From Solirubrobacterales bacterium (lineage in GTDB: Bacteria > Actinomycetota > Thermoleophilia > Solirubrobacterales > 70-9): a stretch of DNA of 64,000 nucleotides. Below are positions 1 to 9,155 of the stretch, piece by piece. The translations under genes were made by a program, and so were the position numbers. The notes beneath the pieces are model-generated. The model ran no database searches, was not told the DNA's origin, and saw nothing but the letters and a program-made list of their open reading frames with translations. Where the stretch lies: the NCBI GenBank assembly GCA_036520315.1, contig DATDJZ010000030.1, positions 5,602 through 69,601 of the forward strand. Direction: 5' to 3'. Position 1 is the first letter of the stretch; each line of letters begins with the position of its first letter.

Positions 1-961
1 CTCGCCGGCCCCGCCGCAGCCGGCGGCCGATCAGGAAGAGCCCCGCGATCGTCGCGAGGTCGAAGAAGATGGAGGCGGCGTGGGCGGCTGGCAGGTCGTC
101 CCAGGTGCCGCTCCACGGAAAGATCTGCTCGAAGGGCACGTAGGCGTAGTAGGCCACCGGGCCATAGGTGTCTCCCGATTGGTCGTCATCGGGGAAGTTT
201 CCGTAGATCGGCTCCTGGTCGGCGATGCGGTCGGCACCGATCACGCCCGAGTAGCCCACGTCGACCACGTTGGAGTCCGCGATGTTGAGGCCGATCCGGC
301 CCGCGACCAGGAGGACCGTGGCGACCGCCAGCACCGTGATCGGGAGGGACGGCCGCAGGCCCACGCCGGCTCGCCGCCGGAAGCCGAGCCAGAGCGCCCG
401 GCCGAGCAGGTAGAGGAGCGGCGGGTAGGCGAGCGGAACCGAGACCCCGATGTCCCCCCGGTTGAAGAAATAGTGGGAAAGCCCGAAGCCCGCGACGACC
501 ACGAGCAGGTCCAGGTGGGCAAGCCGGAACGGCCGGCGCCAGTCGAGCAGCCCGAGCACGAAGATCGCGCAGAGCGGCAGCCAGATGTAGGGGGCGTTGA
601 TCATCCGGCCGAAGGCACCGGGGTAGCCGCGGGCCATGTGCCAGGCGATCTGGTAGCCGGTCCACGATTCGACGACCTTGCCGGTGTTCGGGTCCACGAC
701 CACCTGCACGACCTCCTTGCCGCCGGTGAAGAAGCCGACCTCCCAGAGCCCGGTCCCCGAATTGCGGCTGGCCGAGGGAGACAGGTCCGGGTGCTGCTCG
801 GCCGCGGCGGCCGCCTTCGGATCCAGCTTGGCGATCTCGATCGCCCTGGACTGGCTGATCCTGGGCTGCTGCGCTCCGGCCGGAGTCGCGAGCAGCAGGA
901 TGAGAATCAGCGCGAGGGAAGCGGCGAGCGCGAGGAGCCGACCTACTCGTCGAACGTCCAC
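1..961 (-). CDS. membrane protein, N-terminal ~320 aa only (gene runs off left edge): signal/TM segment, PepSY-like extracytoplasmic domain, then polytopic GT-C-like glycosyltransferase region
   Basis: Hand translation of the minus strand from GTG 961 gives VDVRRVGRLLALAASLALILILLLATPAGAQQPRISQSRAIEIAKLDP...WEVGFFTGGKEVVQVVVDPNTGKVVESWTG, then a TM-rich region (GFGLSHYFFNRGD...GDTYGPVAYYAYVPFEQIFPW...). The frame is open to the window edge. It is absent from the ORF track because its stop lies outside the window. The start overlaps the end of the GtrA gene. Confidence 0.6.
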   Translation of the reverse strand, partial: MDVRRVGRLLALAASLALILILLLATPAGAQQPRISQSRAIEIAKLDPKAAAAAEQHPDLSPSASRNSGTGLWEVGFFTGGKEVVQVVVDPNTGKVVESWTGYQIAWHMARGYPGAFGRMINAPYIWLPLCAIFVLGLLDWRRPFRLAHLDLLVVVAGFGLSHYFFNRGDIGVSVPLAYPPLLYLLGRALWLGFRRRAGVGLRPSLPITVLAVATVLLVAGRIGLNIADSNVVDVGYSGVIGADRIADQEPIYGNFPDDDQSGDTYGPVAYYAYVPFEQIFPWSGTWDDLPAAHAASIFFDLATIAGLFLIGRRLRRGRR

Positions 962-1368
962 AGCTTGTTGCCGATGAAGTTGAAGGGCATCGCAATCGCC
1001 ACGGCGATTGCCTGGGCGGGCAGCTCGCTCAGTCCTCCCCCCACGAGCAGCTTGAGGGCGATCAGGTTGATCACCAGGGCCAGCACGCTCACCGTGAAGA
1101 AGCGGGCCGCCTGGAAGCCCGCGTGCCCGTGCTTCGCGTCGAAGGTCCAGTGCCGGTTCCACCAGAAGTTGTTCGTCACGGCAACGCAGAAGGCAAGGAT
1201 TGCTGCCCCGATGTAATGAATGTTCAGCGGCCCGTTCAGCACCGCAAAGACCGCCAGGTTGACGACGTAGCCCGATCCTCCCACCAGCCCGAACTGCAGG
1301 AGCTGGATCCAGTTGCCCGGCTTCAGGGTGCCGCGGCCGATCCGCTTCGCAGTCTGGACGGACGTCAT
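943..1368 (-). CDS. GtrA family membrane protein
   Basis: Track ORF 943..1434. The internal ATG at residue 23 (MTSVQTAKRIG...) gives an ATGA overlap with the upstream gene stop at 1365. Four TM segments with LVGGSGYVVNLAVF...NFIGNKLWTF, typical of GtrA. Confidence 0.8.
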   Translation of the reverse strand: MTSVQTAKRIGRGTLKPGNWIQLLQFGLVGGSGYVVNLAVFAVLNGPLNIHYIGAAILAFCVAVTNNFWWNRHWTFDAKHGHAGFQAARFFTVSVLALVINLIALKLLVGGGLSELPAQAIAVAIAMPFNFIGNKLWTFDE

Positions 1369-2897
1369 CCCTGGGGCCTTCCGTTGAGGCCGAAGTGCTC
1401 GAGGATCACCGGAGCGAGGTCCCGCAATGCCCATTGCGGCCGCTTACCCGGAGCGTCGGGACCACAACCAACGAAGACCACCGGGGCCAGCGAATCCCCC
1501 CGCCCGAGGGAGCCGTGGCTGCCACCACCGGCGTGGCTGATTCCCCCCCAGTCGACGCACTCATGGCCCTCGGTCGCGGAGATCAGGATGTCGCCCGCGT
1601 GGGGCGAGGTGAGCGCCGACCAGAGGCGGGCCAGACCGTCCGGGTACTCGTGGGACTCGAAGCGACCTCGGGTGATGTCACCGGCAAGCGCCTCGGGCTC
1701 GCCGCTCACCGACCAGTGGTTGCCCCGTACGTCGCGGAGCTGGCCGCCGGGCCGGAACCGGAACTCGTAGCCGTTCCGCTCCACGACGGCGTCGACGGAT
1801 GCCGGATCGTCGAGGCCCACCCCGGTGCGCCTGACGGCGGTGCCGTCCTCGCCGGCGAGCCAGGTGACCAGGTCGACTCCAGTGAGCTCGCGGAGACGAA
1901 GGCGGGCGCGCTCGTGGGTGACCGGGTGCCGGTAGCCGGCGTCGAGGATGTAGACGGCGCCGGCACGGGAGGTCGGGCTGACCGCGATCTCGGCGTCCTC
2001 GGGGCGGTCGGTGTTCGGCTGCAGGACGGCCCAATCCTCGGCGAGCTCGTCGGCGAGGGGAAGGGCGTGCTCCACCGGCGTCTGGGCGTGGTCGGCGGTC
2101 AGGAGCACCGAGTGATCCGAGAGGAACTTCTCCAGCCCGCCGCCGGCCTCCACGATGCGGGCGAACATCGCGTCGGCCTTGGCGATCGAGTCGAGGGTCG
2201 CCTCCGGGCCGTGCCGGTGGGAGTGGAAGTCGTTGTCCGGCAGACTGAAAAGCAGGAAGTCGTAAGCGCCCTCGCGGACCAGCTCCTCGGCCACGCAGGC
2301 CGAGTACTCATCCCGCGTCCCGGGCCGAGTGAAGGTGGGTCCGCAGCCCGTCGGCCGGCTGGCGTAGAGGTCGCCGTAGAAGAACTCGTCCGGGGCCCAC
2401 ACCGCGTGCCTGAAGTTCGCCGCGGCCGCCGCTCGCTTCGCCAGTCCCTCCAGGCCGAGCTCGTGCCGTTGGCGCCCGCGGTAGATCAGGAACGGGGTCG
2501 TCGCGGTCCGCACGCCGGAGTCCCCGAGGCGCTCGAAGACGGTCTCCGCCTGCCAGCTCAGGTGGTCGAGGTTCATGTTGTAGACCAGGTCGTACATCGC
2601 CCGGAAGAGGCCGAAGGTCCGGGTCGCCTCGAAAGAGGAGCCGTATTCGATGTAGCGGCGCTCGATCCGGTGGTACCAGTTCATCCCGATCACCCAGTGG
2701 CCGGCCGGGCCGGTCCCGGTCATCATCTCCGAGCTGGCGACCGGGGTGACCGAGGGGAAGCTCGAGACGCAATCCGGCACCATCTCCCCCCGCTCGAGCA
2801 GCTCCGCGAAGCTCGGCGCCTGGCCCTCCTCGATCGCCCGGACCAGCATGTCGGGGTGCATCGCATCGACCACGACGAGGACGAGCTTCCGCTGCAC
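1365..2897 (-). CDS. alkaline phosphatase superfamily protein (type I phosphodiesterase / nucleotide pyrophosphatase-like)
   Basis: 510 aa ORF. Motifs: LVVVDAMHPD near the N-terminus, SLPDNDFHSHRHGP, LLTADHAQTP, and a C-terminal GGSHGSLG metal-site-like motif. Confidence 0.75.
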   Translation of the reverse strand: MQRKLVLVVVDAMHPDMLVRAIEEGQAPSFAELLERGEMVPDCVSSFPSVTPVASSEMMTGTGPAGHWVIGMNWYHRIERRYIEYGSSFEATRTFGLFRAMYDLVYNMNLDHLSWQAETVFERLGDSGVRTATTPFLIYRGRQRHELGLEGLAKRAAAAANFRHAVWAPDEFFYGDLYASRPTGCGPTFTRPGTRDEYSACVAEELVREGAYDFLLFSLPDNDFHSHRHGPEATLDSIAKADAMFARIVEAGGGLEKFLSDHSVLLTADHAQTPVEHALPLADELAEDWAVLQPNTDRPEDAEIAVSPTSRAGAVYILDAGYRHPVTHERARLRLRELTGVDLVTWLAGEDGTAVRRTGVGLDDPASVDAVVERNGYEFRFRPGGQLRDVRGNHWSVSGEPEALAGDITRGRFESHEYPDGLARLWSALTSPHAGDILISATEGHECVDWGGISHAGGGSHGSLGRGDSLAPVVFVGCGPDAPGKRPQWALRDLAPVILEHFGLNGRPQG

Positions 2898-2929
2898 GGC
2901 TAGATGCTCCGGTCGGGTGTGGGATTCAT

Positions 2930-3382
2930 CTAGCGGAGGACCCGTAGGCCCTCATGTTTGCGCTCGGCCTGCCGGCGGCGAGAGATCCACAGCCAGATGA
3001 GGGCAAGGAGCGCGAGCAGGGAGAACGGCTCCAGGACCAGGCTGACCCCGGCCACGACGATCGCCGCAAGCACGACGATCACGGTGATCCCGCTCGGCGC
3101 CTGCACCTCTGCGCCGGTCACCCGGTCCCGCTGCCGGCGGATCGCGCCCGCGGCCACGTCTCGCGTGACGACGGCCGCCAGGCCGGCCCCGAGGATGCCG
3201 ACCGGGAGCGCCGGCCAGAGCGCCTCGCCCGCTCCGTTCAGTGCCGCCCCGGCGGCCAGCACGCCGATCGGCGACGCCCCGACCACGGCGCCCCACGTGG
3301 GCATGATCGGCGGGAAAACGACTCCGAGAATGAGTCCGGCGGCGATGGCCAGTCCCAGCCCCTGGCAGATGGCGAGGAACAT
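2930..3382 (-). CDS. hypothetical small polytopic membrane protein
   Basis: 150 aa, Gly/Ala/Leu-rich with about 4 predicted TM helices. Coding-like frame. No recognisable family. Confidence 0.55.
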   Translation of the reverse strand: MFLAICQGLGLAIAAGLILGVVFPPIMPTWGAVVGASPIGVLAAGAALNGAGEALWPALPVGILGAGLAAVVTRDVAAGAIRRQRDRVTGAEVQAPSGITVIVVLAAIVVAGVSLVLEPFSLLALLALIWLWISRRRQAERKHEGLRVLR

Positions 3383-3495
3383 GGTCGGGGCGAGAGGCTA
3401 CAGGGCATTCCCTCACCACCATCTCCGCTTCGCGGGCTCGCGCTTTGAAAGACCGCCGCGAGCTCCGTGGCCGGATCTCCGCCACACTGTCCGCC

Positions 3496-4887
3496 ATGAC
3501 CGAGCCATCAGAGAGGGAGGGCTCGCGACGGGGGCCTGAAGGATCGCAGCCTCGCCGCCGGGCGCACACGACCTCGCGCGACCTGGAGCGCTACGCGGGC
3601 CTGTTCGCGAAGCGCACCCAGGTGATGCGCTCCTCGGCGATGCGCGACCTGATGGCGATCACGGCGCGCCCCGAGGTGATCTCGCTGGCCGGTGGGCTGC
3701 CGGACACCTCGACCTTCCCGGCGGAGAGCTTCGCGGCCCAGATGACCCGGATCGCACACGAGTCCTCGGCCGAGGCGCTCCAGTACGGGCCCACCGAAGG
3801 CTTCGAGGAGACCAAGGCGTGCATCGTCGAGGTGATGGGGGCCGAGGGCATGGCCCCCGATCCGGACGACCTGATCGTGACGACGGGGGGCCAGCAGGCA
3901 ATCGACCTGATCACCAAGACGCTGGTCGACCCCGGCGACCCGGTGATCTGCGAGGCCCCCACCTACCCCGGCGCCGTGCCCGCCTTCTGCAGCTACGAGG
4001 CCGACGTCCACCAGGTGAGCACCGATGACGACGGGATGCGCATCGACGAGCTGGAGGAGCTGCTGGCCGCCCTCGGACGGAATGGCCGCCGCCCGAAGTT
4101 CATCTACTCGGTGCCGAGCTTCCAGAACCCGGCCGGCGTGACGCTCTCCGAGGAGCGGCGCCGGCAACTCGTTGAGCTGGCGCGGAAGCACGAGGTGCTG
4201 ATCGTCGAGGACAACCCGTACGGCTTGCTGCGCTTCGACGGCGATCCCCAGCCGACGCTCTACAGCCTGGACGGGGGCGACTACGTCCTCTACCTGGGCA
4301 CGCTCTCCAAGATCCTCTCCCCCGGGATCCGGATCGGCTGGGTAGCCGCTCCCCCGCCGGTTCTGGAGAAGATCGGGCTCGGCAAGCAGGCCGCGGACCT
4401 CTGCACCTCCACCCTGAGCCAGTACTTCGTCCGCGAGTACTTCGGCGAGGGGCGGTGGCGGGAGTACATCGCCGACCTGGTCGAGATCTATCGCAGCCGC
4501 CGCGACGCGATGCTCGAGGCCCTCGAGCGCGACTTCCCGCCCCAGACGGACTGGACACGGCCGGAGGGCGGCCTCTTCCTCTGGGCCACGCTGCCCGACT
4601 ACATCGACACGACGGACCTACTTGCGAAAGCCTTGCGCGACGACGTCGCCTTCGTTCCCGGACGGGCGGCCTACGCCGACGGCGTGCGTGGTGCCTCCTC
4701 GATGCGCCTCAACTTCTCCGCCTCGGATGAGGACGAGCTGCGGGAGGGAATCCGCCGCATCGGCAGCGTCGTCTCCGACCAGATTCAGCTCTACGAGACG
4801 ATCACCGGCGAGCACCGCGTTGCGCCGCCCCAGGACGACGAGGGAGAGAAGCCGGGCGGCGAGGTCGTCCCGCTGCCGAGGCGATGA
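3496..4887 (+). CDS. PLP-dependent aminotransferase, class I/II (2-aminoadipate/aromatic transaminase-like, no HTH domain)
   Basis: Track ORF 3445..4887; ATG at residue 18 was chosen. Motifs: MRSSAMRDLMAI...ISLAGGLPD, VEDNPYG, and the PLP-lysine motif LGTLSKILSPGIRIGW. Confidence 0.8.
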   Translation: MTEPSEREGSRRGPEGSQPRRRAHTTSRDLERYAGLFAKRTQVMRSSAMRDLMAITARPEVISLAGGLPDTSTFPAESFAAQMTRIAHESSAEALQYGPTEGFEETKACIVEVMGAEGMAPDPDDLIVTTGGQQAIDLITKTLVDPGDPVICEAPTYPGAVPAFCSYEADVHQVSTDDDGMRIDELEELLAALGRNGRRPKFIYSVPSFQNPAGVTLSEERRRQLVELARKHEVLIVEDNPYGLLRFDGDPQPTLYSLDGGDYVLYLGTLSKILSPGIRIGWVAAPPPVLEKIGLGKQAADLCTSTLSQYFVREYFGEGRWREYIADLVEIYRSRRDAMLEALERDFPPQTDWTRPEGGLFLWATLPDYIDTTDLLAKALRDDVAFVPGRAAYADGVRGASSMRLNFSASDEDELREGIRRIGSVVSDQIQLYETITGEHRVAPPQDDEGEKPGGEVVPLPRR

Positions 4888-5834
4888 AGGTGGCGGTCCT
4901 CAAGGGAGGGAGCTCGCTCGAGCGCGAGGTCTCGCTGCGCTCGGCGGCGCGCGTCGAGGATGCCGTTGGCGCTCTGGGCCACGAGGCGGTGGGGATCGAC
5001 GTGGGCCGCGAGCTGGTCGGCTGGCTCCGCGACGAGCGACCGGACATCGTCTTCATTGCGCTGCACGGGCCCGGCGGCGAGGACGGGACCGTGCAGGAGC
5101 TGCTCGAGATCCTCGACCTCCCCTACACCGGCCCGGGGGTCGCAGCCTGCGCGCTGTGCATGGACAAGGTGGCCGCCAAGCACGAGATGCGGGCGGCCGG
5201 GATCCCGACGCCCGACTGGGCCGCCTTCAACGCGACCGCCTTCCATCAGCTCGGTGCCGCGGACACCCTGGAGGAGATCGAGGCGCGGCTCGGCTTTCCG
5301 CTGGTCGTCAAGCCGGCCAGGCAGGGCTCCTCGCTCGGGGTTCAGTTCGCGGCCGCGCGCGACGAGGTGCCGGAGGCACTGCTCGCCGCCTTCAGCTACG
5401 ACGACCGCGTGCTGCTCGAGCGCTACGTGAAGGGTCGCGAGCTGGCCGTCAGCGTGCTCGGCGGCGAGGCCCTGCCGATCGTCGAGGCCATCCCCCGGGA
5501 GGAGGACTTCTTCAACTTCGAGGCCCGCTACGAGATCGGGCGCACCGACTACGTCTGCCCCGCCGAGCTCGGGGACGCGGAGACCGGCCGGGTCCAGGAG
5601 CTCGCCAAGCGGACCTACGAGACCCTCGGCTGCAGCGGCTTCGGGCGTGTGGATCTGATGCACGGCGAGGATGGCCCGGAGGTGCTCGAGGTGAACGCGA
5701 TCCCGGGGCTGACGGACACGAGCCTGTTCCCGATGGCGGCGGAGGCCGCCGGCATCGACTTCACACAGCTGGTCGAGCGGATCCTGGCCAGGGCCCGCGA
5801 ACGCCCGCCGAGCGAGGCGACGCTACCGGCCTGA
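4884..5834 (+). CDS. ddl: D-alanine--D-alanine ligase, DdlB-type
   Basis: MKVAVLKGGSSLEREVSLRSA, HGPGGEDGTVQ, VKPARQGSSLG, FFNFEARY (omega-loop Tyr retained), LEVNAIPGLT. ATGA overlap with the aminotransferase stop. Confidence 0.9.
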   Translation: MKVAVLKGGSSLEREVSLRSAARVEDAVGALGHEAVGIDVGRELVGWLRDERPDIVFIALHGPGGEDGTVQELLEILDLPYTGPGVAACALCMDKVAAKHEMRAAGIPTPDWAAFNATAFHQLGAADTLEEIEARLGFPLVVKPARQGSSLGVQFAAARDEVPEALLAAFSYDDRVLLERYVKGRELAVSVLGGEALPIVEAIPREEDFFNFEARYEIGRTDYVCPAELGDAETGRVQELAKRTYETLGCSGFGRVDLMHGEDGPEVLEVNAIPGLTDTSLFPMAAEAAGIDFTQLVERILARARERPPSEATLPA

Positions 5835-6341
5835 GCCGAGTTCCGGGGGCTCCTCCCCCTGGGCGAAGTCCTCCGGGGTGACGTTGTCGAGGAAGTCCTT
5901 GAACTTCTCGACGACCTGCTCGGTGTCCTCGACCTCCTCGCCCTCGAACTCGATCGCCGACTCCTCGATCACCTCATCGGCGGCGAAAATCGGGGCTGAG
6001 GTGCGGACCGCGAGCGCGAGCGCGTCCGACGGGCGTGAGTCGATCTCCATCTCCGAGCCGTTCATCGAGATCGTGATCGACGCGAAGAAAGTGTTGTCGC
6101 GGAGCTCGGTGACCGAGACCTTCTCGCACTTGGCCTCCATCTGATCGAGCACGTCGGAGAGGAGGTCGTGGGTCATCGGCCGCGGGGTCGAGGCGCCCTG
6201 GAGCTTCATCAGGATGGCCGCAGCCTCGGGGTGGCCGATCCAGATCGGCAGGAACTTGTTGCCGTCCACGGTCTTCAGCAAGACGATCGGCTGCTTGCCG
6301 ACCATGTCGAAACTGACTCCGTAGATGGTCATTCGCTGCAC
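5823..6341 (-). CDS. bifunctional nuclease family protein (BFN/DUF151)
   Basis: 172 aa. IVLLKTVDGNKFLPIWIGHPEAAAI...MTHDLL...SRPSDALALAVR is typical of DUF151. Acidic C-terminal tail. Confidence 0.8.
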   Translation of the reverse strand: MQRMTIYGVSFDMVGKQPIVLLKTVDGNKFLPIWIGHPEAAAILMKLQGASTPRPMTHDLLSDVLDQMEAKCEKVSVTELRDNTFFASITISMNGSEMEIDSRPSDALALAVRTSAPIFAADEVIEESAIEFEGEEVEDTEQVVEKFKDFLDNVTPEDFAQGEEPPELGSGR

Positions 6342-6449
6342 GAAAAGTCTCCTCGGGAGGGCCGCACGGATTATAGGAGCGGCCCAAAGCCCTCCAGAGC
6401 CCGCTTACCCCGAGTGGCGGCCGTGGGACCGCGGCCCTACCATCGCGCT

Positions 6450-6908
6450 GTGTCGACCGAGTGCCGCCAGCAGGCCTTCATCGACGCGCCGCTCGACGTC
6501 GTCTGGGGGTTGGCGTCCGATCCCGACCGGCAGACCGAATGGTGGCCCGACACGATCAGCTTCGAGTGCATAGACGGTGCCTTCGAGCAGGGCTGTCACG
6601 TCCGCAACGTCCAGAAGCGGCCCTGGCCGATGTCGAATCTCGAAACCATCCTCGAGGTCGACCAGATGGTCGAGGGCAAGGAGCTCGTGATCCGCTGCAT
6701 GGACACCGGCACCTACACCCGGTCGGTGCTCACCGAGGGTCAGGGCGGCACGTTCGTCGAGATGGAGGCGGGCAGCGACCCGAAGAGCTTGGCGGTACGA
6801 GCACAGATCGCGATGGCCGGGCAGCGACTCTTCCGCCGCTGGGTCGAGCACGCGCTGGAGCGGTTGCGGGAGGCTGCCGAGGAGACCTCCCCCGCCGGGC
6901 AGCGCTGA
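6450..6908 (+). CDS. SRPBCC (polyketide cyclase/dehydrase-like) family protein
   Basis: Track ORF 6168..6908. The GTG at residue 95 gives VSTECRQQAFIDAPLDVVWGLASDPDRQTEWWPD, a typical SRPBCC N-terminus. The upstream part overlaps the divergent BFN gene. Confidence 0.65.
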   Translation: MSTECRQQAFIDAPLDVVWGLASDPDRQTEWWPDTISFECIDGAFEQGCHVRNVQKRPWPMSNLETILEVDQMVEGKELVIRCMDTGTYTRSVLTEGQGGTFVEMEAGSDPKSLAVRAQIAMAGQRLFRRWVEHALERLREAAEETSPAGQR

Positions 6909-6917
6909 GGGGCTCGC

Positions 6918-7406
6918 TTGGAGCTGGTCCCGTACTCCGATGGCGACATCGGGCTGATCGAAGAGCTCGAGTGCGACGCCGCAACGATGAGCGAGCTCGG
7001 CGGCCCGGTCTCGCCGGAGGAGATCCCGCAGATCCATGAGCGCAGGCTCGCCACCGTCGCCGCGGGCGAGTGGTACTTCAAGATCATTCCGGAGCCGGGC
7101 GGGCCGGGCGCCGGGACGATCGGCATCTGGTCGGCGACCTGGCGGGATCAGCCGATCCAGGAGACCGGTTGGATGGTCCTGCCGGCGTTCCAGGGCCGGC
7201 GGATCGCCAGCCGCAGCCTGGAGCTGATCCTGGGGATGGCCCGGAACCAGCCGCGGTTCGACCGAATCGACGCCTTTCCTTCGGTCACGAACCAGCCGTC
7301 GAATGCGCTCTGCCGAAGGTTCGGCTTCGAACTGAGGGAGGAGACCGACTACCTCTACCGGGGCGCGCAGCTGCGGGTCAACGTCTGGGAGCTGGCGCTC
7401 GAGTGA
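6918..7406 (+). CDS. GNAT family N-acetyltransferase
   Basis: 162 aa with TTG start. The AFQGRRIASRSLELIL and NQPSNALCRRFGFEL blocks resemble GNAT motifs A and B. Confidence 0.75.
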   Translation: MELVPYSDGDIGLIEELECDAATMSELGGPVSPEEIPQIHERRLATVAAGEWYFKIIPEPGGPGAGTIGIWSATWRDQPIQETGWMVLPAFQGRRIASRSLELILGMARNQPRFDRIDAFPSVTNQPSNALCRRFGFELREETDYLYRGAQLRVNVWELALE

Positions 7407-7480
<74 letters not shown>

Positions 7481-7505
7481 GGGATCGGCGATTCTAGCTC
7501 GCGGG

Positions 7506-8363
7506 TCAGGACCGCCGGCGAAGCCGTTTGGCGAGCGACTCGAGCTCGCCCAGATCGTCGAAGCGGAGCTCCGCCTTGACTCCGTTGCCGTCGCGCCGGA
7601 CCCGGACGTCCTGCCCCAGGGCGGAACCGAGCAGGTCCTCTGCGTCCGTCATCGCGGCGCGCTCCTCCGCCGAGATGCGCCCGCCGCTCGCCTTCCTTCG
7701 CCTCGGGCCCTCGCCGGCGCGCCGCTCGGTGTCGCGTACCGACCAACCCTGCGCGGCCGCTTGCTTCGCGACCCGGGCGCGGCGGTCCTGGTCTGAGACC
7801 TGGAGGATCGCGCGGCCGTGACCCTCGCTGAGCTCGCCGCGTTCGAGCAGGGTGAGCGCCGAGTCGGGGAGGTCCAGAAGCCGGATCAGGTTGGAGATCG
7901 CGGCGCGGCTGCGGCCGACCCGACGCGCCAGCTCCTCCTTCGAGATCCCGAGGTCATCGACCAGGGCGGCGCACGCCCGCGCCTCCTCCACCGGGTTGAG
8001 GTCCTCGCGGACCATGTTCTCGATCAGCGCGGCCTGCAGGCGCTCGTCCTCGGGCGAGGTCCGGACCACGGCCGGCACCCGGTCGATGCCGGCCTTCTGG
8101 GCGGCGCGCCAGCGCCGTTCCCCGGCGACCAGCTCGTAGCGGCCGTCGTCGAGAGGGCGGACGATCAGCGGCTGCAGCAGTCCGACCGAGCCGATCGAGC
8201 CGGCCAGCGCATCGAGCCCCGCGGCGTCGAACCTGGCCCGCGGCTGGTCGGGGTTGGGTTCGATCTGGGTGACCTCGAGCTCGCGGAGCTCCGGCCCGCC
8301 GGCGTTGGTCTCCGGCAGGATCGCGGCCAGCCCCCTCCCCATGCCTCTACGGCGTTCAGCCAC
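7506..8363 (-). CDS. parB: chromosome partitioning protein ParB
   Basis: GRGLAAIL, LLQPLIVRP, LVAGERRWRAAQKAG, and HTH LARRVGRSRAAISNLIRLL. The GTG start overlaps the parA end by 8 nt; the internal ATG at MGRGL is an alternative start. Confidence 0.93.
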   Translation of the reverse strand: MAERRRGMGRGLAAILPETNAGGPELRELEVTQIEPNPDQPRARFDAAGLDALAGSIGSVGLLQPLIVRPLDDGRYELVAGERRWRAAQKAGIDRVPAVVRTSPEDERLQAALIENMVREDLNPVEEARACAALVDDLGISKEELARRVGRSRAAISNLIRLLDLPDSALTLLERGELSEGHGRAILQVSDQDRRARVAKQAAAQGWSVRDTERRAGEGPRRRKASGGRISAEERAAMTDAEDLLGSALGQDVRVRRDGNGVKAELRFDDLGELESLAKRLRRRS

Positions 8364-9141
8364 TTGCGACCTCCGCGCGCTCAGGCTCCACGGTGAGCAC
8401 CTCGTCCGCGAGGGCGCGGTAGGCGCGGGAGCCGCTCGAGTTCGGGTCGTGCTCGGTCACGGGGATGCCGTAGCTGGGCGCCTCAGCGAGGCGGATGCTC
8501 CGCGGGACCACGGTCTTGAAGACTCGACCGGGCCAGTGCTCGCGCAGCTCGCGCTCGACGTCATGGGCGAGGCGCGTTCGGTCGTCGTACATCGTGAGGA
8601 CGACTCCCGCCACTTGGAGCGAAGGGTTGAGCGAGCGCTGGACGAGGCGCACCGTGTCCAGGAACTGGACCAGCCCCTCCAGGGCCAGATATTCGGCCTG
8701 GACCGGGACCACCACCTGATCGGCGGCGGCCAGCGCGTTGACGGCGACAGGGCCCAGCGAAGGTGGGCAGTCGAGCAGCGTGTAGGCGAACCGCTCCCTG
8801 ACCGGCCCGAGGCCGTCGCGAAGCCGCGTCTCGTAGCCGCTCGCCCGCGGTAGCTCGACGGAGGCGCCGGCCAGATCCACATGCGCCGGCACTATCCACA
8901 GGTTGTCTGGCCCGGCAGGGCGGGCGGCCTCCGCCACCGAGACCTCGCCGCCGAGGCAGTCGTAGGAAGAGGGCGTGGTGTTCTTGGGCAGACCGAGCGC
9001 AACCGTCGCATTGCACTGGGAATCGAGGTCGACGATCAGGGTCTGCTGCCCGTCGCCCGCGACGCAGGCGCCCATGTTGACGGCCGTGGTCGTCTTGCCG
9101 ACGCCGCCCTTCTGATTCGCGATCGCGTAGACGGTTCCCAT
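8356..9141 (-). CDS. parA: chromosome partitioning ATPase ParA/Soj
   Basis: Track ORF 8356..9567. The conserved protein starts at residue 143 (MGTVYAIANQKGGVGKTTTAVN, deviant Walker A). The Arg-rich upstream extension overlaps rsmG and was rejected. Confidence 0.93.
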   Translation of the reverse strand: MGTVYAIANQKGGVGKTTTAVNMGACVAGDGQQTLIVDLDSQCNATVALGLPKNTTPSSYDCLGGEVSVAEAARPAGPDNLWIVPAHVDLAGASVELPRASGYETRLRDGLGPVRERFAYTLLDCPPSLGPVAVNALAAADQVVVPVQAEYLALEGLVQFLDTVRLVQRSLNPSLQVAGVVLTMYDDRTRLAHDVERELREHWPGRVFKTVVPRSIRLAEAPSYGIPVTEHDPNSSGSRAYRALADEVLTVEPERAEVASG

Positions 9142-9155
9142 GGAGCTGGTTCGAG

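Noticed and set aside
8874-8901. Two DnaA-box-like 9-mers (GATCCACAT at 8874-8882 and TATCCACAG at 8893-8901) inside parA.
   Set aside because: They fall in the conserved ParA coding segment (…NLWIVPAHVDLAG…), which explains the sequence. Other isolated TCCACA hits (953, 2985, 28786, 5646, 60015) are likewise scattered in coding DNA and do not form a cluster.
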